From Mobula hypostoma (Eukaryota): 64,000 nt of DNA. Location of the stretch: NCBI RefSeq assembly GCF_963921235.1, contig NC_086097.1, forward strand, positions 223,512,001 to 223,576,000. The letters run 5' to 3'. Position numbers and translations under genes: made by a program. The notes beneath the pieces are model-generated. The model was not told where the DNA came from. It saw only the letters and a list, made by a program, of their open reading frames with translations, and made no database searches. Below, piece by piece: positions 12,601 to 25,149 of this stretch (positions are counted from its first letter, which is position 1; every line of letters begins with the position of its first letter).

Positions 12601-13101
12601 CTGCAACCAACACACTTTAGAAAATTTTTAAAGTAATAATCTCCATCTTTGGAGAACTTAATTTTTAATGAAAATAAAATGATGAATTTCATATTCCTTC
12701 AACATTGCTATATAAAAATTCTTCTGATTTTTGTTCCATTTATTCAACAATTTATCTACTTCAAATTCAAATACTCAAATAGCCTCCACACCTCCCTGGG
12801 GTAGAGACCTCACTGTCGAGAAGAAATTTTCATGCAGCTAGAGTTTAAAAAAATTAACCCCTTACCCTGATACTAGGTCTCCTTGCCCAAGACTCACTAG
12901 TGAAAACATCAGCATCTACCATGTCAGGGCTCCTCAGGGAATACGTTTCCATAAGATCATCTCTCGTTCTTCTGAATCTACAAAGAATACTTAGCCTCTT
13001 GAAAGGACAATTCTTTCATTCCAGGCTGAACCTACTTTCAGCTGCCTGCAATGCTCCTATACCATTTCTTAAATAAGAGAACCAAGACCGTGTGCAGTTT
13101 T

Positions 13102-13256
13102 GGGTGACAGAATGGTGCAGCTGGTAGAGCTGCTACCTTGCAACACGGAAGACCCAAGTTCAATCCCGAGCTTCAGGGCTGCCTACACACATTGTTCTTG
13201 TGACCATGTGGTCTTCTGCCATGTGTTTGGGTTTCATCAAGTCCCCAAAACATGCA
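13102..13256 (+). mobile_element. Degraded tRNA-derived SINE (V-SINE/HE1-like)
   Basis: A box TGGTGCAGCTGG, B box GTTCAATCC, then a decayed V-domain-like stretch (GTGACCATGTGG...CCCCAAAACATGCAG). Confidence 0.5.
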
Positions 13257-15755
13257 GATGATAACAAAAACTTCCTCATTTCTAAACTCCACCCCTTTGC
13301 AATAAAGGACAGCATGCCATTTACCTTCTTAAATACCTGGATTCTTATACAGAAACACCTGGACCCTAGATCATTTAATTAAATAACTTCCTAGATTATT
13401 ACTTAAAGGGCAAGCGACTGCAACGTGTACTTTACTCACTGCCACCTCTTTCCCTTTAAACAATAATCTTGTCTGTTGATTCCATTCTAACAAAATTACT
13501 CCACCTCACATTTCCTCACTTGAACTCAATTTGCCAAGTTTTCATCAATTCAATCTATATTCCATTGCAAAGAACTGACACCCGTGTTACTACACTAGTT
13601 ATGCCCTTCCATGCCAAAAAAGTTTCATTTATTTCTATGTGACAACCACTTACTAATCCATGCTAACACTATTCCTCCAATACCATAAGTTCCTAATTTG
13701 TGCACCAACCTCTTAGGTGGCACATTGTCAAGTGCTTTTTGGAAGTCCCAATACACCACATCTACTGGCTCCCAACTATCTACTCTGCTTTTTGCATCCT
13801 CAAAAATCAGAAGCAGAGTTATCAGTCATGATTTGCCTTTCGTTGGTTTGATCAGATAAAGTTTTCCTGAATGTTTAGCTATTTCTTCTTCAGCTGAAGC
13901 ACCTTGCCAGTGATGGTTGTTAAACTAACTGACCTGCATTTTCTGCTTCCTGCATTTTGCCTTTTTTCCCTTAAACAAGGGAATCACATTTGTTGTTTTA
14001 TATCAATCTACTGGTATACTCCCAGAAATCAGTGAGTATTTAAAAACTTCATATGGGTCCACCATCTCGATAGCCACTTTCATTTTGTTCTATGCTGTGT
14101 TTGGCACTTAATTTCAACTTGGACAGACAATGAATTTTTTTTTCAGGAATATTACTCATACTTCAGGACTCCAATTCTGTACTCAAATTCTAGTGTAATA
14201 AAGGCCAATACACTACTTTCCTTCCCAATTGTTCACTGAACTCGGTGTAGTGTACAAGGCCCCACAGATCACACTTTACATCAACACCTTTTAGTCTGCC
14301 AGCAATTAACACCACCTTCAACTTGTCGAACCAAATTGTTTCCCTTTCATCATACAAATGCCCCTGTATGCATCAAGAGTGTTGAGATTGAGAAGGTTGA
14401 GAGCTGCAAATTCCTAAAAGAAAATCATCAATAGCTTGTTCTGGGCAAATTACTATGGCCAAGAAAGTACACCAATGCCTCTACCAAAGAACATCAATTT
14501 TTGATTCCGCTCCATAGGTGCTGCATGACCTACTGAGTTCCTCCAGCATTTTCTGTGTGCTCCGAACCAACAAATAACTATTTGGCAACCTTCATGATCT
14601 CTGGAAGTCTTACAACATTTCACTCTACAATAAGGCCGAAACCACCCAGAAGAGCCATACTACACTAACAACCAAGCAGAAAAATCATGGCACTTCAATT
14701 CATTAAGCTGGTGAGAAACTGCATTATTTTCGTCACTAGTCAAGTACATGTTGAACATGTATTGGCCAAGTCATGAACTATATAAAAATCCTCTGACACC
14801 AGAGAATATTAATAATGTTCTACAATTTCAGCAATGAAAGGCGAGATGAGAAAGGCATAATGAAATGGTGCACTGTCCCTGTAATGATAGCTACCTGGGT
14901 CACTATATTACAGTAATACTATATTTATTGCTCGCAGGTAATTATAGCCATGGGTCTTCATCAAGATATTGCCAGCTCTCCGCAATCCTATATAAGAAAT
15001 AGAAGTAGACTCTTTAGCATCCCCATGCCAACTCTGACTCAGGACAACTGATCTCTTGCCTTCATACTACTTTCTTTCACTAATCGGATTTCCCTTGATG
15101 CCTTTAAATATCCAAAACTGAGTTGATTTCTCTTGTATATACTTTGCTACTGAACATCCACATCCTCTCGAGAAAAGAATTCCAAAGATTCACCACCCAG
15201 TGAATGAAGAAATTTCTTAACTCGATCCTGAATGGCTAAGTCCCAATTCTGAGATCTTAACGCAGATTTGAGATACTCCAACCAGGAAGAACATAACACT
15301 GCATCATGGTCACAATGACTCACGTACATGACTGAGCCAATTCCATCATGGGAACTAACCTCCCCACCATCAAGGACATCTTGAACAGGCAACTTAAGAA
15401 GGCAGCAACCATCATTAAAGACCTTCACCATTTGAAACATGCCCTCTTCACATTACTACCATCAGGAAACAGGTACGAAATTTTTGATTAATGATACTTT
15501 ATGAAGATCCACATTCAATAACTGAAGAACAGCTTCTTACCTCTGCCATCAAATCTCTGAGTAGTCCAAAAACACTAACTCATATTCACCTTTTGCACTG
15601 TTTTTATAACTTGTAACGTACATCTGCTGTGCTAGAGCCACAAATTTTACATGGTTATTATGAACCTCATTCTGATTTATCCTCTCAAGTCTGATAAATT
15701 TTGTGACTTTCAATGAAGTCACTTCTCATACCTCTCAAATGGAGAAAGATGCCTT

Positions 15756-17343
15756 CACTTTCGTGCAAAAGTTTGGGCACTCCTGGTCAAAATTTCCATT
15801 ACTGTGAATAGCTAAGCAAGTAAAAGATGAACTGATTTCCAAAAGCCAAAGTTAAAGATGACACATTTCTTTAATATTTTAAGCAAGGTTACTTTTTTAT
15901 TTCCATCTTTTACAGTTTCAAAATAACAAAAAAAGGAAATGGGCCTGAGGCAAAAGTTTGGGTACCCTGCATGGTCAGTACTTAGTAACATCCCCTTTGG
16001 CAGGTATCACAGCTTGTAAACGCTTTCTGTAGCCAGCTAAGAGTCTTTCAATTCTTGTATGGGGGACTTTCGCCCATTCTTCCCTGCAAAAGGCTTGTAG
16101 TTCTATGAGATTCTTGGGCCATCTTGCATGCACTGCTCTTTTGAGGTCTATCCACAGATTTTCGATGATATTTAGGTCAGGGAACTGTGAGGGCCATGGA
16201 AAAACCTAGCTTGCGCCTCTTGAGGTAGTCTACTGTGGATTTTGAGGTATGTTTAGGAACATTATCCTGTTGTAGAAGCCATCCTCTTTTCATCTTCAGC
16301 TTTTTTTTTTAAACAGACAGTGTGAAGTCTGCTTCCAGAATTTGCTGGTATTTAAGTGAATTCATTCTTCCCTCTACCAGTGAAATGTTCCCCGTGCCAC
16401 TGGCTGCAACACAAGCCCAAAGCATGATCGATCCAACCCCGTGCTTAACAGTTGGAGAGGTGTTCTTTTCATGAAATTCTGCACCCTTCTTCTCCGAACA
16501 TACCTTTACTCATTGTGGCCAAAAAGTTCTGTTTTAACTTCATCAGTCCACAGGACTTGTTTCCAAAATCCATCAGGCTTGTTTAGATGTTCCTTTGCAA
16601 ACTTCTGACGCTGAATTTTGAGGTGAAGACACAGGAAAGGTTTTCTTCTGATGACTTTCCCATGAAGGTCATACATGTGCAGGTGTTGCTGCACAGTAGA
16701 ACAGTGCACCACCACTCCAGAGTCTGCTAAATCTTCCTGAAGGTCTTTTGCAGTCAAACGGGGGTTTTGATTTGCCTTTCTAGCAATCCTTCGAGCAGTT
16801 CTCTCAGAAAGTTTTCTTGGTCTTCCAGACCACAACTTGACCTCCACTGTTCCTGTTAACTGCCATTTCTTAATTACATTATGAACTGAGGAAACGGCTA
16901 TCTGAAAACACTTTGCTATCTTCTTATAGCCTTCTCCTGCTTTGTGGGCATCATTTATTTTAATTTTCAGAGTACTAGGCAGCTGCTTAGAGGAGCCCAT
17001 GGCTGCTGATTGTTGGGACAAGGTTTGAGGAGTCAGGGTATTCATAAAGCTTTGAAATTTACGTCACCTGGCCTTTCCTAACAATGACTGTGAACAAGCC
17101 ATAGCCCTAACAAGCTAATTAAGGTCTGAGACCTTGGTAAAAGTTATCTGAGAGCTCAAATCTCTTGGGGTGCCCAAACTTTTGCATGGTGCTCCTTTCC
17201 TTTTTTTCACCCTAAAATTGTACAAAACAAAAATAGTACACTCATCTTGCTTAAAATGTTGAAAAGAATGTTTCATCTTTAACTTTATGACTTTTAGAGA
17301 TCAGTTCATCTTCTACTCACTTAACTATTCACAGTAACAGAAA
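15756..17343 (-). mobile_element. Tc1-family DNA transposon (IR/DR type), defective
   Basis: ORF 16506-17045 with paired HTH, GRPRK hook and WKQVLWTDEVK; long terminal repeats containing repeated CAAAAGTTTGGG(C/T)AC direct repeats; right tip missing. Confidence 0.92.
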
Positions 17344-18572
17344 ACTCTCCATTCAAATTGTTTCCCTTTTATTTATGCACATGCCCCTGTATGCATCAAG
17401 AGTGCTAAGATAGAGACGGTTGTGGTCTGCAAGTTCCTAGAAAAAAAAGAAAAACACCACTAACTTATCCTGGTCCAATCATGTAGAAGCCATGGCCATG
17501 AAAGCACATCACTGTTTCTACCAAGGAAATTCAGCATCTCCTGGTTTCCTTTCACCGATTTTTTTCATAGATGTACCAAAGCAAGCATCCTATCCAAATG
17601 CAACACAGCTTGCTAAGCCAACAGCTCTGCTCAAGCCCACAAGAAGCTGCAGTTATGGACACAGCTCAGTCCATCACAAAAACCAGCTTCCCCTCCATGG
17701 ACTCTGATTATGTTGACTGCTTTTCTGAGGCAGCAAAAAATGAAACAAAAGTCCCCTCTCTCCTTGAAGATTTTTCACCCCCTTCCATCAGCCAGAAGAT
17801 ACAAAAGCTTGAAAGCATGCAACACTCGGCTCAGTGACAGCTTCTAACCTTTTGTTCTCTTCAATGGACCCTTTGCATTTAAAAATGAATGCTTGATTTT
17901 GTAATCTACCTTGTTGTGTCTCCTGCACCCCACTGTCTGCCTGCACTCTACACTGTTACCATGACAGAATATTCTGCATTATTGTTGTTTTCCCTTTGTA
18001 CTATGTAGTGCTTCAAGATCAACTGTATGGATGACGTGCATACATAAGTGTATTTACTGGACGTCAGTAGATCTAACAATAATAAACCAATATCATCACA
18101 TTTATTCCCTTTCTCTAAGTCAAGGTACACTAAATCTCAAGCAAGTTGAAGAAAACAAAATTCTAAAGTTACTTATTCTTCTATGAATACTTCTGATAAA
18201 CTTTGGTTCAAACAGAGCTTTACCTGGATGACCTCCTCCATCTTACTTGAGAATTTGGTCATTAAAAGTCCAATCCCACAAAATGTTAGAAAAAGTAAAT
18301 AAATCACACATCAGATATATAATCACCTATCTATAAATGTCCAAAAATGTCAATTTTTTCTGGTTTAAAGTGCTAAAAGTCAATGGCCTACCCCAAATTT
18401 CATACATTTTGTTAAAAATTCCAAGATAAAACATGGGAGTTTTTTTTTTAAAACCATCAAAATTTTCTTTCATTCATGATACCAGTAGGTGGCTCTGCAC
18501 TAGCATAGTTCCCTCTGACATTTGGTACCCAATACTCCAGTGAAATGTATGAGAAATCTCTGCATTTGCTAT

Positions 18573-19455
18573 TGTTACGTAACCGGCAACAATTAATATT
18601 AATCGTGGACAGGTTATATAAAAACAACCAAACATTTATTAAACACGTATCAACGATAAAGAAAAAAAAACAAAGGAAAACCTTAACCGGAGGTTAAACA
18701 GGTACGCAGCCGTTCCTCAACTCCACTCGGCTCTGGTTCTTAAAGCGTTAAATGCGGAAACAGCTCTTAAAGCGATACAGTCAGATATAGTTCTTAAAGC
18801 GATAACTTCGAAAGTCCAACAGTTTTACGCATTCAATTGGGAGAGACTTCTCTGGAGAAGGATTTCTTCACAGACGCACCTTTACTGCTGGTACTGATGG
18901 TTCTGTCCACAGGATTCCCGATGCTGAAATAAACAGCTTAAATCGACTGATCTTAAATTCCTTTTAGAGAGAGCACCTTTTTGCATGAACTCATTGCCCT
19001 TTTACAAGAGTTATCTCGATGCAGGTTCTCTCCGACGAAGACTCAATAAGGTCGATTCTTTATTAAACTGCCCAACAATGCCGACTTCTCTCGATCCTTC
19101 ACTTTGATGAATTCTTCACTCTCCCTTCAAAACTGTCGGAATTGAGTAAATTGGCACTTCCAGCCACAAATTCCCAGTTCAATAATACAATATCTTGTAA
19201 GAGAACGCACCTTCCGTTTTAAATTGAAACTGCGTCACAAAAACAAACACGCAACAGAAACGGAGGCACAACACATTCTACCTGGAAATCTACAAACTCA
19301 AAAACCTACTGCATCACCTGGGTCGACCCTTGTATAGTCACGGGACACATGTCATCACGTGACCTCACATCGGCGGGAAAATCACATCAGGTGACCTCCA
19401 AAAGACCATTACATCATTCTCACAAAAAAAAACAGATCTCCTTGAGCATGTAACA
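18573..19455 (-). repeat. 3' LTR of the Gypsy provirus
   Basis: Near-identical direct repeat of 22909-23783; preceded on the minus strand by a polypurine tract. Confidence 0.95.
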
Positions 19456-19639
19456 CCTCCCTTCAAAAATTTTTGGTCTCTTGAACAAAACTTTAACAAC
19501 TTATACAAAAAAAATACAAAGGTATAAAATTTACAAAATACACAATATATACAATCTTATCTTTCAGCCCTTTACAAACTAATGTACAGTAGGAGTGTTA
19601 CAAATGATAATATCACTCCAAAAAAAATTCATTGTACAT

Positions 19640-20950
19640 TTAACATCCAGACAAACAATTAGCAATCACATTGTCTTTACCCTTGATAAGAGTGATCAAA
19701 ATATTGTACTCCTGTAACATTAAACTGGATTATTAAATTGGAGTTCCTTAACCCTTTTCCTAAACAGTCACAGTGGCAACTTCTCTCTCATAATACGGTT
19801 TTATCATATTTATATGACACAACTGTGTTGTCTTTCTCCTGTCTGGGGTTTTTAACCACATAATCCACCTCATTTACTTTAGATTTAATCTCATAAGGAC
19901 CATGGAATTTTGCTTGTAATGGGTTCGTTTGCACTGGGAAAAGAACCAACACCTTATCTCCAGGCTTAAATGACCTCATCCTGGCTTCCTTATCGTACCA
20001 CATCTTTATCTTCTCTTGAGCTAACTAAATTTTCCTTGGCCAAACTACAAGCTTTGTACAATCTCTCTTTAAATTTCAAAACATAATCTAACAAACTAGT
20101 GTGTACTTCTTTATTAATCCACTGTTCCTTCAACAAAGCCAAAGGTCCTCGAACTCTATGTCCAAACACAAGTTCAAAAGGACTAAAACCTAATGATTCC
20201 TGTACTGCCTCCCTTACTGCAAAAAGTAGTAAATGTACACCTTCATCCCAATCCTTTTCATTTTCTACACAATATGTCCTAATCAAAGTTTTCAGTGTAG
20301 AATGAAATCTCTCCAAGGCTCCTTGTGATTCTGGATGATAGGCTGAGGAAATAATCTGCTTTGCTCCCAGTTTATAAACTATCTGCTGAAACAACTCAGA
20401 CATAAAGTTACTTCCTTGATCTGATTGTACTTCCTTGGGCAGCCCAAAATAAATGAAGAATTTTGTAAGAGCTTTTGTCACAGTTTTAGCTGTTATATTC
20501 CTAAGAGCTACTGCCTCTGGAAATCTAGATGCTATGCACATAATAGTTAATAAATATTGATGTCCAGTTTTAGTTTTTGGCAGAGGACCTACAGAGTCTA
20601 CAATGATTTTTGAGAATGGCTCACCAAATACAGGAATTGGTTGCAGTGGAGCCACTGGAGTAACCTGATCAGGTTTACCAACAATTTGACATGTATGACA
20701 CGTTCTACAAAATGTCGCCACATCTTGTCTTAAACTAGGCCAATAAAAATGTTTAGAAACTTTGTTCATAGTTTTCTTTACCCCTAAATGACCACCCAAA
20801 GGAATACTATGAGCCATAGTCAAAATCTCATTTCGGTAAATTTTAGGAACAACAACCTGATGGTTAACTTCTCATTCCTCACTAGCAGGAATTGTAGGTG
20901 ATCTCCACTTTCTCATTAATACCCCCTTTTCAAAATAATATCCAACTGTT
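19640..20950 (-). pseudogene. Retrotransposon integrase (H2C2 zinc site, DDE core, GPY/F) plus extreme C-terminal RNase H remnant
   Basis: HSIPLGGH..CRTC, IIVDSVGP, SDQGSNF, YHPESQGALERFH, FHGPY; after a gap LQEYNILITLIKGKDNVIANCLS; frameshifts present. Confidence 0.88.
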
Positions 20951-21056
20951 ACTTTTTCAATTGCACTATCTGGATGAGCTTGTTCTTTTAATTATCTATC
21001 TCAGGATCCCTACCCTGCTCTGCTATCATTTCCTTCTGAGATAAAGACAAACCTTC

Positions 21057-22773
21057 CTAATCAGACTTACCACCAAAATCCTGATCAAATAAGCTAGGTA
21101 AGAAAGTTTCTGATACATCCTCAAAATTCGAATCTTGATTTGAACTGTCATGGGTAACAACTACATCATTTATATCAGTCTTTTTAGCCATAGCTCTTGT
21201 TACAACACAGGAAGAATCTGTGTTAGAATCCCTCTGTGGTTCCTCAGAATTTGAATTTATTGTCAAATGCACTTCAGGAAAAACTTGTCCACCTGCTAAA
21301 TCATTCTCTAACAAAAGAGAAACATCATTCACAGGTAAACTGGATTGCAGTCCTACTTTAACAACCCCTGTAACTAATCCTGACCTTAAATTTACTCTAT
21401 GTAAATATACTGGCATAAGGGCACTCCCTACCCCTCTTATGTAATTTACCTCACCAGTGTCAGACTCATCACTAAACCTTAACACACTATCTAATATTAG
21501 TGATTGTGAAGCTCCAGTATCTCTAAGTATCCTTATCAGTACTGCATTGGATCCTTCTTTCAAGTATACAGATCCTTCTGTTATAAAAGCCTCATATCCC
21601 TTCTTAACTTGGTCAGACTCTGACACATCTTCAGTAATATTTTCTAAACCCTGTAGCTTTACAGGTTTTCCAATATACTGCACACAAGCATCTGGGGCCA
21701 CTTTTTTCTCTTTCCATTTCAATCTGAAGCAATTAGCCACTACATGTCCAGGTTTCTTACAATAATTACAAATAATACCAAAATGTCTTTCCTTCACATG
21801 TCTCCCTTCATCCTTACTTTTCTCACTAACTCCAGATTTAATTTCTGATTTACCTTGACTCTCTGTGTTAGTTTTCCTTTTAAAAATTTTACCTGGAGAA
21901 AATTTATTCTTGTGAATTAAAACATACTTATCAGCCAATTTAGAAATCTCCTGCAATGTAGCAGTGTCCAGTTCATTTAAGTATGTTCTCACTTCAACAG
22001 GAATGCTTCTTTTAAATTCCTCCTGCAAAATCAGCTCTTTCAATTTATTATACTCCCCATTCACATTTTTAGAGGAAACCCATCTCTCAAAACACACAGA
22101 TTTCTCCTAGGCAAATTCTACATAAGTTTTTTCCACCAATTTCTTTAAACTTCTAAATCTTTCTCTATACGCTTCCGGAACCATCTCGTATGCTTTTAAT
22201 ATATTATCTTTAACAATATCATAATCCAGTGCTTGCTCAGCATTTAAAGCTGTATAAACTTGTTGTGCCTTGCCTTTAATTACACTTTGTAACATCACTG
22301 GCCAGTGGTCCTTCGGCCACTTTAAACTCAGAGTAACTGTTTCGAAATGCTGGAAATATGCATCCACATCAGCTTCATTAAATGGAGGAGCCAAAACAAC
22401 CTCACGACTAGCAATAAATTGTTTCATAGAACCAGAAGACTGATTCCCAGACCTTATTTTCTCCATCTCTCGCTCAAATTTCCACTGGTTTTCAGCTTCT
22501 CTTTCTCTCATTTCCACTTTAAATCTTTCAAACTTTAACTGTTCAAGATGCAATTGCATTTCCAGATTACTCATTGGAAACTTCTCTAACACCTCCTCCT
22601 CAAGATATTCCAAATTAATATAATGTTCAGCAATTTTCCTTTGTATGAAAGCCTTGGCAGAATTTCTCGTAATTCCTTTAATATCCAACTTCTTAGCAAT
22701 CTCCAATACCACGTTTTCTCGTATTCTCTAAAATTCCCGAGTCAGGCGTCTTCAAAAACCCGTCAATATCCAT
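21057..22773 (-). pseudogene. Retrotransposon gag (SCAN-like capsid region, CCHC knuckle) and aspartic protease
   Basis: AYEMVPEAYRERFR...LKELILQEEF, CNYCKKPGHVVANC, ILRDTGASQS; interrupted by a stop near 22108 and a frameshift near the 5' end. Confidence 0.88.
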
Positions 22774-22883
22774 TGTTGCCGAATACAACACACACACCAA
22801 TCAAACCAAAAAAAAAAATTGGGTATTCCCTTTTACCAAACCAAAATGGGAATTACCAGCACTTAAACTCAAAATTGGAACAT

Positions 22884-22901
22884 ATCTCGGACGAGCCCCC
22901 A
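22884..22901 (-). promoter_or_regulatory. Primer binding site complementary to tRNA-Pro
   Basis: TGGGGGCTCGTCCGAGAT, one mismatch to the canonical PBS-Pro TGGGGGCTCGTCCGGGAT, 7 nt from the 5' LTR. Confidence 0.88.
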
Positions 22902-22908
22902 CAAATCA

Positions 22909-23783
22909 TGTTACATAACCAGCAACAATGAATATTAATCGAGACAGGTTATATAAAAACAACCAAACATTTATTAAACACGTATCAACGATAAGGAAAA
23001 AAAAACAAAGGAAAACCTTAACCGGAGGTTAAACAGGTACGCAGCCGTTCCTCAACTCCACTCGGCTCTGGTTCTTAAAGTGTTAAATGCGGAAACAGTT
23101 CTTAAAGCGATACAGTCAGATATAGTTCTTAAAGCAATAACTTTGAAAGTCCAACAGTTTTACGCATTCAATTGGGAGAGACTTGTCTGGAGAAGGATTT
23201 CTTCACCGACGCACCCTCACTGCCGGTTCTGTCCACAGGATTCCCGATGCCGAAATTAAACAGTTTAAATCGACTGACCTTAAATTCCTTTTATAGAGAG
23301 CACCTTTTTGCATGAACTCATTGCCCTTTTACAAGAGTTATCTCGATGCAGGTTCTCTCTGACGAAGACTCAATAAGGTCGATTCTTTATTAAACTGCCA
23401 AACGATGCCGACTTCTCTCGATCCTTCACTTCGATGAATTCTTCACTCTCCCTTCAAAACTGTTGGAATTGAGTAAATTGGCACTTCCAGCCACAAATTC
23501 CCAGTCCAATAATACCATATCTTGTAAGAGAACGCACTTTCCGTTTTAAAAATGAAACTGCGTCACAAAAACAAACACGCAACAGAAACGGAGGCACAAC
23601 ACGTTCTGCCTGGAAATCTACAAACTCAAAAACCTACTGCATCACCTGGGTCAACCCTTATATAGTCACGGGGCACACGTCATCACGTGACCTCACATCG
23701 GCGGGAAAATCACATCAGGTGACCTCCAAAAGACCATTACATCATCCTCACAAAAAAAGCCAGATCTCCTTGAGCATGTAACA
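22909..23783 (-). repeat. 5' LTR of the Gypsy provirus
   Basis: Direct repeat of 18573-19455, followed on the minus strand by the PBS. Confidence 0.95.
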
Positions 23784-24563
23784 CTATCTACTAACCCAAG
23801 ATCTCCATCACCTAAGATGGACAAGAAAAGTATGGGCCTGGGACGTTGCCATGCCAGTCACAGTTCCTGAGGCAGGGAAGGAAGACCAGTACACAATATT
23901 CCAGAAGCAGTCTCCACAGAACCTAAATGGCGAGAGTCAAGCTCATGGAACACCAAAACCATTTGACCACAAAGATTCACAAGAGTAGCTCACCACATTC
24001 TCAAAGCCAAAAGGGGAAGAGCATCACTAGCAGCTCATATTCATGAGGAAATTTTTTTTTTAAAATCCTTGGCAGGTCTGTTGCCATTGAGAAATCAATA
24101 CACTGGAAAGAGAAATCCAAAAGATGTTGGCTTCACAACCTACTTAGTAAAGCCCTTGGTGATTTTCTATCATATCACAGAAAACTGTATACTAAATTTT
24201 ATGATCGGTAATGCTTTACAAGCACTTTGAAATACTGTGGTACCATAACGATAGCTTAAAAAAATTAATAGTTACATATTGTCCTGCACTCATTAAAAAA
24301 CAAGGTAATTCCAATGGTTCGCATTTTTGTGGGTTTTATTCATTAATATAAGCTTTTTAAAAAATAATTACTCAAACTCCCTCTTTGCATTACAAACGGA
24401 AGTTGCTAGCTTCTGGAGAAGAGTGCAAATTAAAAACAAGGTTTGGTCATTTGTCAACACCACTGTTAGAAATCTGTGTCTTTACATCACAATATTTAAG
24501 TCCATAAACATGTCTGGTTATGAAGACCAGTTAGATCAGGCACTGAACTAAGTCCATTCCTGC

Positions 24564-24848
24564 CACTGTTCCCTCTAAGCTGCACAGTAACTGAAATGCT
24601 CCTGCACACACAGCCTTTGTTGTCACACAGCCGGAATTTTTATGCAGCTATAAAAAATTCATGAAACGTGAAAGATTTTCTTTGTTGTACTGTATTTCAA
24701 AGTATGTGATTTTTAATTTTCATTCTAAATATTCATAATATGTATATTACAAAGAAAACATTTAAAGTGCTGCACAGTTTTCTGGCCATGTAAAAATTTC
24801 CTGCTCAGAGCAATGCAGCTGTAAAAAAATAAGTTAGAGGGTACATTG
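24564..24848. mobile_element. hAT-type non-autonomous element (MITE)
   Basis: TIRs CACTGTTCCCTCTAA / TTAGAGGGTACATTG; imperfect 8-bp TSD ATTCCTGC / ATTCTTCC. Confidence 0.65.
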
Positions 24849-25149
24849 ATTCTTCCTTCATTAAAAACAAACAGGAAACAAAAATCAAGGAATCTTTAAT
24901 CCGAGTCTATTCTGAACAGGCAAGGTATAAAATACACATTTTCAAATACTCTGGGGAAAAACTCAATTGCCTGTTAAACAATCAGAAAACTAATTTCACA
25001 TATACAACAGATCTTTCATCATCAACAAATAGTGTATACAAGAGATTTCTGACTATTGCTTGCTTTTCTAGTTTCCTTGGAGCTACACTAATATACACTG
25101 ATATTAATTCTCCTGAACCATTTTCAAATATCTTTCAATCTTTCAAATA

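Larger units (their letters stand above)
18573..23783 (-). mobile_element. Gypsy LTR retrotransposon of Gmr1 type, RT deleted
   Basis: LTRs 18573-19455 and 22909-23783 with TGTTAC...GTAACA ends; 4-bp TSD CTAT (18569-18572, 23784-23787); PBS, PPT (GAAGGGAGG next to the 3' LTR), gag, protease and integrase present. Confidence 0.95.
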
